Below are positions 1-8,870 of a DNA stretch of 64,000 nt, in pieces. Location: assembly GCA_050250895.1 (NCBI GenBank), contig JBFWNU010000006.1, positions 87,513 through 151,512 on the forward strand, written 5' to 3'. Position 1 is the stretch's first letter, and each line of letters opens with the position of its first letter. The notes beneath the pieces were generated by a model, which did not search any database, was not told the origin of the DNA, and was given only the letters and a program-made list of their open reading frames with translations. Made by a program: the position numbers and the translations under genes. The DNA comes from Vulcanimicrobiota bacterium. GTDB taxonomy: Bacteria; Vulcanimicrobiota; Xenobia; Xenobiales; JADMJV01.

Positions 1-1
1 C

Positions 2-400
2 TTTGAACTCACCTGGGCAGGCCAGGCGGATTCGAACAAGCGCATCCGCGAAATTTCAGCTCGGCTGGATGAGCAGGCGGGCAGAATCGAAATCCAGGCC
101 CACAAGATCGAAGAGCACGGCCAAAACATCGCCCGTCAGGGAGAAGAGATCGCCCGGCAAGGCCAGGAGATCGCATGGCAAGGCCAGCAGATCGGGGAGG
201 GCTTGCGAGAGACCGCCCGTTTAGGCAGAGAAGTGGCCTCGCTGGGAGACCAGATGGTCGGACGCCTGCGCTTGATGAGCGACCGGTTTGGGACGTTCTT
301 GGACGTGCTCGAGGGTGAAGCCACCGAGCAGAGTTCCAGGATTGACGATCTGGATGTGCGGGTGACCAGGTTGGAAGAGCGCCAGGGACCGGCGGCCTAG
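2..400 (+). CDS. Coiled-coil protein, 5'-truncated by the window edge
   Basis: Frame 2 is open from base 2 to TAG at 398-400 (FELTWAGQ...IARQGEEIARQGQEIAWQGQQI...RVTRLEERQGPAA). Heptad pattern. Confidence 0.75.
   Translation, partial: FELTWAGQADSNKRIREISARLDEQAGRIEIQAHKIEEHGQNIARQGEEIARQGQEIAWQGQQIGEGLRETARLGREVASLGDQMVGRLRLMSDRFGTFLDVLEGEATEQSSRIDDLDVRVTRLEERQGPAA
128..194 (+). repeat. Imperfect 21-bp in-frame tandem repeat (about 3 copies)
   Basis: ATCGCCCGTCAGGGAGAAGAG / ATCGCCCGGCAAGGCCAGGAG / ATCGCATGGCAAGGCCAGCAG / ATCG, starting at 128, 149, 170 and 191. Confidence 0.8.
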
Positions 401-418
401 GGCCCGAACGGCGGCGCA

Positions 419-2452
419 GTGGAGCTGCGCCGCCAACTCAATCGCACCTGGTATGCCTTTCTGGCTCACCACCCTCACCCCCGGCCGATTCAGGTCCGGG
501 CGGCCACCCCGATTCTGGCAGGGCGCTCGGTGTTGCTGGCTTCAGCCACCGCCTCGGGCAAGACCGAGGCCTACGCGGCTCCGCTGGTCGAGCGCTGGTT
601 CGAGCGCTGTGTTAAGGGCGAGCCCAAGGTTCTCATCGTAGGCCCCACCCGGGCCCTGGTCAACGACCTGGCCCGCCGCCTGGAGGGCCCGCTAAGACGG
701 TGTGGCATCGGCCTGACCCGCCGCACTGGCGATCATCCCAACGACCTGACGGCCGAGCAGGCGGGCGTGATCGTGACCACCCCCGAGTCGCTCGACTCGG
801 TGCTTTCGCGCCATCCTCGCTGGCTGGGTGCCACCGGCTCGGTGGTGCTCGACGAGCTGCACGTGTTGCAAGGCACCCCCCGAGGCGATCAGGTCTTGTG
901 TTTGCTCGAGCGTCTCGAGCGGGTGGTCGTGGCTCTGGGGGGGCAGCCGCCCCAACGCCTGGCCGCCACGGCTACGGCGGCTAACCCTGATGAGGTGGCG
1001 GCCCGCTACCTGGGGGCCGGGTCGGTGGTCCTGGTGGAAGAGTCGCAGCGCGATTTCGACCTGCATCTAGCCGATTGCACCAGCCCGGCCGAGATGCTGC
1101 ACAATCTGGCCGAACGCTGCCGCGCTCTGGGTGCACGCAAGGTGCTCTGCTTTATGCCCTCACGCCAGGAGGCCGAGATCTATGGCGCCCAACTGCTCGG
1201 TCGACCGCCCTTTCAGACGCGCGTGTTCGTCCACCACGGCAGCCTCTCGCGCCAGGAGCGCGAGCGGGTCGAGAAGGCCTTTTTGAAAGCTCCTTCGGCC
1301 TTATGCCTGGCCACCAATACCCTCGAGCTCGGCATCGACATCGGTGACGTGGATATGGTGGCTCTCTTCGGAGCCCCGCCCGAAGTGAGCAGCTTTCTGC
1401 AGCGGATCGGACGCGGCAATCGCCGCGGGGGGCGCGGTCAGGTGCTGGGTCTGTGTCGCCACGCGGGCGAGCGCCAACGCATGGCCCATCTGGGCGAGTG
1501 CGCGGCCGAGGGGCGTTTGTATATCGATCCAGACCGACCCTTTCGGTCGGTGGCGGTGCAACAAGCCTTTTCGCTGCTGTTTCAAAACCCGCGTCGCCAG
1601 ATCGCCCTGGCCCCGCTGGCCGACCGTCTGCCGGCCTGGCTCGAACTCGATTCTGAAGTCCTCGAGCGCATCCTCGACCGGCTGGTGGAGCGCGAGTGGC
1701 TGGTGTCCAGCGGCCACGGCTATCAGCCCACGGCCAAGCTCGAGCGCGAGTATGAGCGGGCGCGGCTGCATCAGAACTTCACCTCGACTCGCGCGACCAG
1801 TGATGAGGTCGAAGTGGTGGATGGTTCGGGGCGAGTGCTGGGCAAGGTGCAGCGAGGCTCGCAAGGCTTGCCGGAGTCGATCGTGCTGGGCGGCAGAAGC
1901 CGGCGGCTGGGGGCCGACCGGGGCCGGCAGGTGGTGGCTTCGGGCAGCGGCGAGGGGGGCAAGGCCATCTTCGTGAGCCGGGGTACGGCCCGCATCCCGG
2001 CTGGCCTGGCCGAGGATTTTCGTCGTTTTCTGGGCTACCGCCCGGACCAGGTACCGGTAGCGGCCCAGGGATCGCGGGTGATCCTGGGTCACTTTCTGGG
2101 CTCGGTGCGAGGGGCGGTGCTGCGCGACCTGGTAGCTCGTCAGACCAAGCTCAAGGTGGGCCTCAGCCCTTTCTTGCTGTGGGCAGACTTTCAGGAACTG
2201 CCCGACTTCTCGGCCAGCGCCGAGGAACTCGAGCAGTTGTTGGCCACCCGCCCTACCAAGCTGGTCGACTCGCTCAACCTGGGACCCTGGACCCGCGAGC
2301 TGCCTCGGGAGCTGATGGTCGAGGAGCTGCGCCGTCATCTCGAGCCCGAGCAACTGGCCGAACGCTTGAGAAGACTCGAGCCCGTCAAAGCCGAACCAGA
2401 GATGGCCGAGGTCTTGCGCAGTCTCGCCCCGGCCCTGGAAGAAGGGGAGTAG
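419..2452 (+). CDS. Lhr-like DEAD/DEAH-box (SF2) helicase
   Basis: Walker A ATASGKT, PTRALVND, TTPESL, DELH, HHGSLS, TLELGIDIGDVD, QRIGRGNR. Confidence 0.88.
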   Translation: MELRRQLNRTWYAFLAHHPHPRPIQVRAATPILAGRSVLLASATASGKTEAYAAPLVERWFERCVKGEPKVLIVGPTRALVNDLARRLEGPLRRCGIGLTRRTGDHPNDLTAEQAGVIVTTPESLDSVLSRHPRWLGATGSVVLDELHVLQGTPRGDQVLCLLERLERVVVALGGQPPQRLAATATAANPDEVAARYLGAGSVVLVEESQRDFDLHLADCTSPAEMLHNLAERCRALGARKVLCFMPSRQEAEIYGAQLLGRPPFQTRVFVHHGSLSRQERERVEKAFLKAPSALCLATNTLELGIDIGDVDMVALFGAPPEVSSFLQRIGRGNRRGGRGQVLGLCRHAGERQRMAHLGECAAEGRLYIDPDRPFRSVAVQQAFSLLFQNPRRQIALAPLADRLPAWLELDSEVLERILDRLVEREWLVSSGHGYQPTAKLEREYERARLHQNFTSTRATSDEVEVVDGSGRVLGKVQRGSQGLPESIVLGGRSRRLGADRGRQVVASGSGEGGKAIFVSRGTARIPAGLAEDFRRFLGYRPDQVPVAAQGSRVILGHFLGSVRGAVLRDLVARQTKLKVGLSPFLLWADFQELPDFSASAEELEQLLATRPTKLVDSLNLGPWTRELPRELMVEELRRHLEPEQLAERLRRLEPVKAEPEMAEVLRSLAPALEEGE

Positions 2453-3430
2453 ATGCTAGAGAATATCCAGTTCAAATACCGCTACGTCGAGAACGGAAAC
2501 GTCAAAGGCTTTTTCACCAGCAAGAAGGGGTGTGTCGAGCAAACCGCCCTGATTCTTGATGGTCACAGTCTCGCCTATCAGCACGTCCACGACACCACCA
2601 GCCGCGACAACCGACTGGTCCTGGCTGTGGACGGGTCCGGTCTGCCCGGCCCCCTGCTCAACGAGATGCACGACGGATTCATCGTGCTCGAGGTGTACAA
2701 GCCCGGTGCCGAAAAGCTCGAGAAGGCCATCGACCGCTACGCTTCGGCCCATGAGGCCATGGCCAACCAGAAACGGCTCGAGGCCGAGGGTCGCGGCCAC
2801 GAGTTTCGGACCCAGCAATGCCCCAGCTGCCAGGCTACCGTCGACCTGTCCGAACTCGAGAGCGGGCGGTTCGTCTATTGTCGCTTTTGCGACTCGATCT
2901 TCGGCCAGGCGCTGGAGAGTCTATCGGCCAAGAATAGCTATCGCGAGTGCGATGAGTGCGGCATGTTCGATCGCGTGCAGGGCCATACCGAATTCTACTT
3001 CTACTTTCTGCTGGTCATCTATGGCTTTAGCCACCGCCGGCGACACCTGTGCGATTCGTGTGCCAGTTCGCTTTTCTGGAAGGTGCTGATGTGGAATCTG
3101 CCCTTCGTGTTGGGGGTTCCGCCGGCGATTTATCTCAAGGTCAAGGCCTCGACCGGCAAAGACGCCGATCTGGCCGATCTGGCGCGAGCCAACGAGTTCG
3201 CTCGTAAGGCCCGGGTGCAAGAGGCTAAAGAACTCTACCAACGGTTGCTGGGACGCTTCCCTGACCACCCGGGTTTGCTGATGAATGTGGGCTTGGCTCA
3301 CTTCTTTGCCGAGCAGGCCGAGCCCGGGGTGGAGGGATTGCTAGCCTCGGTCAAGGCTTGTCCAAACTATTTGCCGGCTCTGCGCCACCTTCGCCGCTTC
3401 CACGCGGCGGTGACCGGCCCGGCTGAATGA
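2453..3430 (+). CDS. Hypothetical membrane protein with Zn-ribbon CxxC pairs and a C-terminal TPR-like region
   Basis: CPSC/CRFC and CDEC/CDSC pairs, hydrophobic stretches, TPR-like helices. Starts immediately after the helicase stop. Confidence 0.7.
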   Translation: MLENIQFKYRYVENGNVKGFFTSKKGCVEQTALILDGHSLAYQHVHDTTSRDNRLVLAVDGSGLPGPLLNEMHDGFIVLEVYKPGAEKLEKAIDRYASAHEAMANQKRLEAEGRGHEFRTQQCPSCQATVDLSELESGRFVYCRFCDSIFGQALESLSAKNSYRECDECGMFDRVQGHTEFYFYFLLVIYGFSHRRRHLCDSCASSLFWKVLMWNLPFVLGVPPAIYLKVKASTGKDADLADLARANEFARKARVQEAKELYQRLLGRFPDHPGLLMNVGLAHFFAEQAEPGVEGLLASVKACPNYLPALRHLRRFHAAVTGPAE

Positions 3431-3432
3431 AT

Positions 3433-3481
3433 TGTTACAATCTGTTTACAGACTTTTTACGGTCTTAACAATCTGTTAGAC
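3433..3481. promoter_or_regulatory. AT-rich array of TT(T/A)AC-like repeats, candidate transcription-factor operator
   Basis: GTTACA 3434, TTTACA 3445, TTTACG 3456, TTAACA 3465, TTAGAC 3476, mostly with 11-bp spacing, in an intergenic gap. Confidence 0.5.
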
Positions 3482-3623
3482 GGATCGGCTTGCTGACGCG
3501 TAGAAGTCTTAAAGCAGAGCCGGAGAAGGTGCTCGGCGGGCCAAGAGGTTACAGACCCGGTCCTGCTGGTCAATAACACCCACGGCTGAAGTAGTGTGCG
3601 GCATTCCACTAGGAGAGTCCGCT

Positions 3624-4556
3624 ATGCAAGCCAAGGCCGCTGGGTCCGTCGTCCACAAGCAGGCCCAACCGCTCTACCTGGTAAGAGCCGGGGTGAAAGA
3701 ACAGGCCGAAAAGGCGCTGGCCGAACAGATCGGCCCCGAGCGCGCCCTTCAGGTAGGCCCCCTCGATACCTCCCGCATTTCCGACCAGGCCATTCAAGAG
3801 ATGGGCGAGGCTCAGGACCGGGGCATGCCGTTCAAGGACCGCGTCATCTCGGCCTTGCAAGAGATGTTCGACGAGAAGGTCAAGGAAAACCCCGAGGCCG
3901 GCAGCCAGGGCAAGCCTCAGCCCAAGACCGAGAAAACCATGGAGTTCACCCCCACCACCTATCGGGGCGAGGTGATGCCCGGTCGCGACGTGATCGGGCA
4001 CGCCGAGATCAAAGAGAAGAAGGTCGAAGAGCCCGGCGAGGCCAGGGCGGCGGCCGGGCCCAAAGCCAGGCAGACGGCCGCTCCAGCCGTGCCTCCCGCC
4101 ACCGACACCAAAGGGGGCAAGAAGAACGGCGGCGGCAAATCGGATGAACAGGAGAAAGACCGGGTAGAACTCAGCGCCGAAAGCGCTCAGATGGCAGCCC
4201 GCATGCGGAATTCGGGGGTAGAGGTTCCTCAGTCTTTAGAGTCGGACAAGGGCGGTACGCCCGAGGTCAAAGGCCCCGAGCAAGGGGGCGAGAAGACGGT
4301 CTTTTCGGGCGAGGTGCGGACCCGCGCCACCGGTTGGACCCAATCGGTCGACGTGCATCCCGGTGGTGAGGTTCAAAAGGGGCAGAGCCTGCGCACCTTC
4401 CAGAGACTCGACAATCTGCCCATGCTAGACCACGCCACCCTGCATCGAGGCGAGGGCAAGGCCAACGCCAAAGAGCAGGAGAAAGCCGCCCGGGAGGGGC
4501 GCGGTGGAGGCGACGCCACGACCGTCGAGGCGCTGCGGAATCCCGTGCCTAACTGA
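3624..4556 (+). CDS. Hypothetical low-complexity (A/E/K/G/P-rich) protein
   Basis: SD AGGAG at 3611 before ATG 3624. GC3-rich codon pattern. No recognisable family. Confidence 0.7.
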   Translation: MQAKAAGSVVHKQAQPLYLVRAGVKEQAEKALAEQIGPERALQVGPLDTSRISDQAIQEMGEAQDRGMPFKDRVISALQEMFDEKVKENPEAGSQGKPQPKTEKTMEFTPTTYRGEVMPGRDVIGHAEIKEKKVEEPGEARAAAGPKARQTAAPAVPPATDTKGGKKNGGGKSDEQEKDRVELSAESAQMAARMRNSGVEVPQSLESDKGGTPEVKGPEQGGEKTVFSGEVRTRATGWTQSVDVHPGGEVQKGQSLRTFQRLDNLPMLDHATLHRGEGKANAKEQEKAAREGRGGGDATTVEALRNPVPN

Positions 4557-4576
4557 ACTCCTCCAGCGTTAGATTG

Positions 4577-5632
4577 TCAAGATTTCGTGGGTAGCCAGAA
4601 CCAGAAGTTGGCTCCTCCGCCCGAGGCCCTTCGATAGCCGATTCTGCCTCCCCACGAGTCCACCGTAAGGCGGCAAAAATACAGCCCCAAGCCGATCTTG
4701 CCTCCGCCGGTCTTTCCTTTGGCAAGCTTTTGAAACAGCCGGCCAACCGCCTCTTCGGGCACCCCCGGCCCATCGTCGAGCACTTCGAGTTGCCACCCCT
4801 CACCGTCGCGGCTGAGCCTGACCGATACCCGGTGGCCTGGCTTGAGGTTGCGCAGGGCGTTCTCGAGCAGGTTGGAGAGCACTCGCTCGAGTTTAGAGTC
4901 TTCTCCCACCACCAGGACGGCTCCGTCGGGGGCCTCGAGCTGCAGGCCCACCCCGCCCTCTTCAAAGGCCGGACGCAATCCATCCACGACCCGTCGGGCC
5001 ACCCTCTGCATATCGGTAAGGCTGGCGGTCCCGGCCTGGGCCAGGGCCTGAATCTCGGCGGCGAAGACCTCGAGGATCTCGCGAATCATTTTCTCCTGGC
5101 GGTCGCATTGGCGCAGGCCGATCTCGAGCAGGCTCTTGACCTGGGCGGGCTTCAAGTCGCCGCGCGAGAGAATGTGGTAGGCGCCTTTGATGCTGGTCAG
5201 CGGGCCCGCCAGATCGTGGACGATGCTGTGCAACAAGAACTCCTTCTTGCGAATCTCCTTTTCCAGGGCTTCGTGGATCAGCGCGTGCTCGCGAGCCTTT
5301 TGCAAGACAGCCACCTGCTCGACATAGCGCTGCCCGAGGTTGCGCAAGACCAGGTGCCCCGGCTTGCCACCCACCGGATAGGCCTCGAGGGCCAGCACCG
5401 CCTCCCCCCGGTGTTCCTCCCAGGGACCCAACACCTGGGGCGGCTCAAGACCCTGCCAACAAGCCTCGAATTCGTCAAGCCCGCACTCTAGAAAGGGTAG
5501 CGAGTCCAGTTCCAGGGGTTCGAGCAGATGCAACCAATCGGGTTTTTCCACCAGAGGGGTGAGCCGGCCCGCCTCTAGCCGCAGGGGCACCGCGTCGAGC
5601 AGGGCCAGAGAGGCTTCCAGCAGCTGGCTCAA
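4577..5632 (-). CDS. Sensor histidine kinase (HisKA + HATPase)
   Basis: H-box VHDLAGPL, N-box NLLENA, DDGPG, GLGL. The probable TTG start overlaps the stop of the upstream GTPase gene. Confidence 0.88.
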   Translation of the reverse strand: MSQLLEASLALLDAVPLRLEAGRLTPLVEKPDWLHLLEPLELDSLPFLECGLDEFEACWQGLEPPQVLGPWEEHRGEAVLALEAYPVGGKPGHLVLRNLGQRYVEQVAVLQKAREHALIHEALEKEIRKKEFLLHSIVHDLAGPLTSIKGAYHILSRGDLKPAQVKSLLEIGLRQCDRQEKMIREILEVFAAEIQALAQAGTASLTDMQRVARRVVDGLRPAFEEGGVGLQLEAPDGAVLVVGEDSKLERVLSNLLENALRNLKPGHRVSVRLSRDGEGWQLEVLDDGPGVPEEAVGRLFQKLAKGKTGGGKIGLGLYFCRLTVDSWGGRIGYRRASGGGANFWFWLPTKS

Positions 5633-6111
5633 AGCATGGCCCTGGCCAGCGACAGAAACGCCTCGTCGACCCCTTCGCCCGTCTTGCAACTGGTGCGCAA
5701 GATCGGGCATTCCAGACCGTCGAGGCCTGGCTGCTCGAGTTCGTACTGATCTTCGAGGTCGACCTTGTTGACCAGCAACACGCAAGGTAGTTGGCCAAGC
5801 TCGCGCTTCACGGTCTGGCGCACCTCGAGAGCAACCGCCAGCGTGGCGGCCCGGGTCGAATCCACCACCAGCAGATACCCCGCCATGCCTTTGAGATAAG
5901 CGGTGGGGATGGCCGTGAAGTCGTCTTTCCCGGCCAGGTCCCAAAGCATCATCTTGAGCGAACTGCCGTCGACCTCCACCTCTTTCTTGTCGACCTTGAC
6001 ACCCACGGTGGTGTGGTATTTGTCCGAAAACATACTGGTCACGAACCGCGCCACCAGGCTCGTCTTGCCCACCGCGAAGGCGCCCAGCATGCAGACCTTC
6101 TTACTGATCAT
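5629..6111 (-). CDS. Small Ras-superfamily (Rab-like) GTPase
   Basis: G1 GAFAVGKT, G2 TTVG, G3 WDLAG, G4 NKVD, G5 TSCK. 160 aa. Confidence 0.92.
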   Translation of the reverse strand: MISKKVCMLGAFAVGKTSLVARFVTSMFSDKYHTTVGVKVDKKEVEVDGSSLKMMLWDLAGKDDFTAIPTAYLKGMAGYLLVVDSTRAATLAVALEVRQTVKRELGQLPCVLLVNKVDLEDQYELEQPGLDGLECPILRTSCKTGEGVDEAFLSLARAML

Positions 6112-7357
6112 CGCTGGTCAGTTCGAGCACTTGCTCGGCGGCAGCCACCCGGACCTTGGTCATCGAGTTGAGTGCAACCAGACTTTGGCGCGCCTGCTGT
6201 AGCTTTTCGGCGATGGCTTCGTCGTCCTGGTCGGGGTCATGATGGAACAGATACAGTTCCTTCACTTTGGCCTGGTGGGCGAGACTGGTGGCCGCGCTCA
6301 CCGACGAGTGGCCCCAACCGATGCGGGAGGGATATTCCTCATCTCGATAGGTGACGTCGGTGATCAGCAGATCGGCCTCGGCCACGAACTCGGCCAGGAG
6401 CTTTTCGTAGTTGGCCGAGTACATGTCGCTGTCTTCGGGAAAAAGCTCGTTGTCGGTGACATAGCAGAGCTTCAGTCCGCCGTAGTGCACCGCATAGCCC
6501 AGGCAAGTGCCGGGGTGGCACAGCAGCATCGTCTTGACGGTGGCGGGCCCGAATTTGAACTGACCTTCGGTGATGTCCTGGTAGTCTACCCGGGCCCCGA
6601 ACTCTCTGGGCGTGATAGGAAAGTGCAGGCCATCCATCTGATTGGCCACCAGTTGCTCGAGGGTCACCGAGCCCGAGGCTGGCCCGGTGATGGTAAAATG
6701 ATTGCCGGGTATGTACAGCGGCGCGAAAAAGGGCAAAAAGTTCAAGTGGTCCCAATGGGGATGCGAGATGAAGATGGTGCCTCTGGTCTTCTTCTTCGCC
6801 TTGACCAGGGAGTTGCCCAGGGGCTTGATGCCGGTGCCGGCGTCGAAAATGAAGATGTGGTCGTCGGGAAAGGTCAGGCTCACGCAGGCGGTGTTGCCGC
6901 CGTAGCGCAGCGTGTCGGGCCCAGGCACGGGAATGGTGCCACGGGTTCCCCAGAAGCAGACGCTCACCGAAGTGTTGAAAAGAGCCATCAGACGACGGTA
7001 CATCTCGTAGGGGTCGGTGCGCGATTTGGCGATAAAGCCGTTGGCGCCGGCGTCGAGAGCGCGTTGCCGGTCGGGTTGGTAGATCTTGCCCGAAACCACC
7101 GCGATGCACAGGGATGCGGTGTCGGGTTGAGCGCGCAGCCGGCGACACAACTCGACCCCGTCCATTTCGGGCATCATGATGTCGAGGACGACGCAGTCCG
7201 GCGGATTCTGGGTGATGACCTCGAGAGCCTCGACGCTCGAGGTGAAGGTGGTCACCTCGTGTCCCTCGATTTCGATGGCCATTTTGAGCACGGCCAGAAT
7301 GTCGGGATCGTCGTCTACCAGGACGAAGCGTTTGGATGGATTCTCTTGCACGGCCAC
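6101..7357 (-). CDS. Receiver domain fused to a metallo-beta-lactamase-fold hydrolase
   Basis: REC motifs VDDD, LDIMMP, FIAK. MBL motifs GTRGTIP, YGGNT, DAGTG, HPHWDH, GHS, HHDP. Confidence 0.88.
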   Translation of the reverse strand: MAVQENPSKRFVLVDDDPDILAVLKMAIEIEGHEVTTFTSSVEALEVITQNPPDCVVLDIMMPEMDGVELCRRLRAQPDTASLCIAVVSGKIYQPDRQRALDAGANGFIAKSRTDPYEMYRRLMALFNTSVSVCFWGTRGTIPVPGPDTLRYGGNTACVSLTFPDDHIFIFDAGTGIKPLGNSLVKAKKKTRGTIFISHPHWDHLNFLPFFAPLYIPGNHFTITGPASGSVTLEQLVANQMDGLHFPITPREFGARVDYQDITEGQFKFGPATVKTMLLCHPGTCLGYAVHYGGLKLCYVTDNELFPEDSDMYSANYEKLLAEFVAEADLLITDVTYRDEEYPSRIGWGHSSVSAATSLAHQAKVKELYLFHHDPDQDDEAIAEKLQQARQSLVALNSMTKVRVAAAEQVLELTSDDQ

Positions 7358-7376
7358 GATTTCGGGGCCTTGGAAA

Positions 7377-8057
7377 CTAAACCTCTAGCCGGTAGCCAAA
7401 GCCTCGCACGGAGACGATCGCGGGTCCACCCTGGGGCAATTTCTTGCGCAGGTTGAGCACATGGGTGTCGATGGTTCGGGTGTCTCCCACATAATCTTCG
7501 CCCCACACCAGGTCGAGCAGCTGTTGGCGCGAGAAGGCCCGACCGGCGTGGCTGAGCAGCACCTCGAGGAGTCCGAGTTCGCGGGGAGTGAGTTCGATCG
7601 GGTCGTCGTGGAAGTAGGCCTGACGGGCGGCCGAGTCAAGTCGCAGCGGGCCGTTAGTCAGGTCGGGGCTAGCTGGCGGAGTCTTGCTCCAGCCTTGCGA
7701 GCGGCGCAGCAGGGCTCGGGCGCGAGCGAGTAACTCGCGGGGATTGAAGGGCTTGCCGAGATAGTCGTCGGCTCCGGTTTCAAGACCCATGACCTTGTCG
7801 AGATCCTGATTGCGAGCACTGAGCATGAGGATGGGAACGCGGTGGTGCTTGCGGATTTCGCGGCAGATGGAGAGGCCGTCGAGGTCGGGCAGGTTAATGT
7901 CGAGGATGACGAGGTCAGGCCTGGCTTTCTCGAGTTTCTCCAGCCCTTCGCGGCCGCAGGTTGCCGTAATGACCTGGAAATGAGCCAGACCCAATTCGAG
8001 ATCGAGAACCTGTAGTAAGTCTGGATCGTCATCTATGGCAAGTATGGTCGCCAGCAT
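7377..8057 (-). CDS. OmpR/PhoB-family response regulator
   Basis: IDDD, LDINLP, GADDYLGKPF, and winged helix (LTPRE...RTIDTHVLNLRKKL...VRGFGY). Confidence 0.95.
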   Translation of the reverse strand: MLATILAIDDDPDLLQVLDLELGLAHFQVITATCGREGLEKLEKARPDLVILDINLPDLDGLSICREIRKHHRVPILMLSARNQDLDKVMGLETGADDYLGKPFNPRELLARARALLRRSQGWSKTPPASPDLTNGPLRLDSAARQAYFHDDPIELTPRELGLLEVLLSHAGRAFSRQQLLDLVWGEDYVGDTRTIDTHVLNLRKKLPQGGPAIVSVRGFGYRLEV

Positions 8058-8100
8058 ACTCTAGTGGCTTCGAGAGAACGATTGCAACTCCCTGGAGAAT

Positions 8101-8118
8101 CTTGACATATCCTTGACA
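8101..8118 (-). promoter_or_regulatory. Pho-box-like direct repeat upstream of the OmpR/PhoB regulator
   Basis: CTTGACA at 8101 and 8112 (11-bp period). The minus strand reads TGTCAAG-gata-TGTCAAG. Confidence 0.55.
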
Positions 8119-8264
8119 CAGGTAGGCTACTATGCTTATGGGAGAGGCGCCCCTTACTGCCCCGTCTGGTGGCGCCCCTCCCTTCGTCGTTTCTAGATTC
8201 AGCAGGGAAGGAACCTGGGCTGGAGGGGCAAACATTGGTTCGATGATCGAACTGGGAGGGTACC

Positions 8265-8867
8265 GTGGGCAAGTCTCGTTCTGAAGAATCCGAGCTGGTG
8301 GTAAAAGGGGAGAGTGAATCCACCGTCGAGCTGCCCCCGGAGGGGCGCCACGAAACGCGCAACCTGGAGAAGGTCCGGGACATCCTGTTTGGCACTCAAG
8401 CCCGCGGCTTTGATCGCAAACTCGACCAGCTAGAAACGGTACTGGGCGAGCAGAGCGACTCCCTGAGGGCTCAGTTTCAAGAGAAACTCGATGCTCTCGA
8501 GCAGTTTATCAAGGCTGAAGTCTCGGGATTGATCGACAAGATCAGTCAGGAAGAGCGCAAGCGCACCGAGGCTCTCGAGGAGATCGGCGACGAACTGCGC
8601 AAAGTGGCCAAGAATCTGGGCCGGCGCCTGGATGACGTGGACGGAATGCGCCAGCAGAACGAACGCGAGTTTCGCGACCAATTGCTGCAAACGTCCAAGC
8701 GCATCAGTGATGAGTTGGACACGCGCGCTCGCGAGCTGCGCAATCGTCTCGAGCGCGAAGGCAGCGAGTTGCGACGAGATAAAGTCGACCGTTCGGCTCT
8801 AGCCTCCTTGCTGACCGACCTGGCCGTGCAGATGGGTCAGGAAGCTCCGGAACGCCGCGAGGGATAG
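8265..8867 (+). CDS. Coiled-coil hypothetical protein
   Basis: SD GGAGG upstream of GTG. LEKVRDILFG motif, echoed by LEQLRELLFG in the next gene. Helical throughout. Confidence 0.8.
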   Translation: MGKSRSEESELVVKGESESTVELPPEGRHETRNLEKVRDILFGTQARGFDRKLDQLETVLGEQSDSLRAQFQEKLDALEQFIKAEVSGLIDKISQEERKRTEALEEIGDELRKVAKNLGRRLDDVDGMRQQNEREFRDQLLQTSKRISDELDTRARELRNRLEREGSELRRDKVDRSALASLLTDLAVQMGQEAPERREG

Positions 8868-8870
8868 CGG

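Noticed and set aside
419-2452. Lhr-like helicase as part of a defence island
   Set aside because: No ATPase, nuclease or methylase partners are recognisable next to it in this window.
3518-3611. Match to a lysine, ykkC/ppGpp or THF riboswitch, or 6S RNA
   Set aside because: Only short fragments resemble them (CCAAGAGGTTACAG, ACGGCTGAA). The defining core motifs are absent.
5633-5944. N-terminal extension of the histidine kinase ORF
   Set aside because: It overlaps the GTPase gene in another frame. The coupled TTG at 5632 is more plausible.
6239-7456. Long antisense ORFs (also 1301-2353, 8889-10019, 17622-18740, 40126-41328 and others)
   Set aside because: These are shadow frames of well-supported genes, expected in high-GC DNA, and carry no protein motifs.
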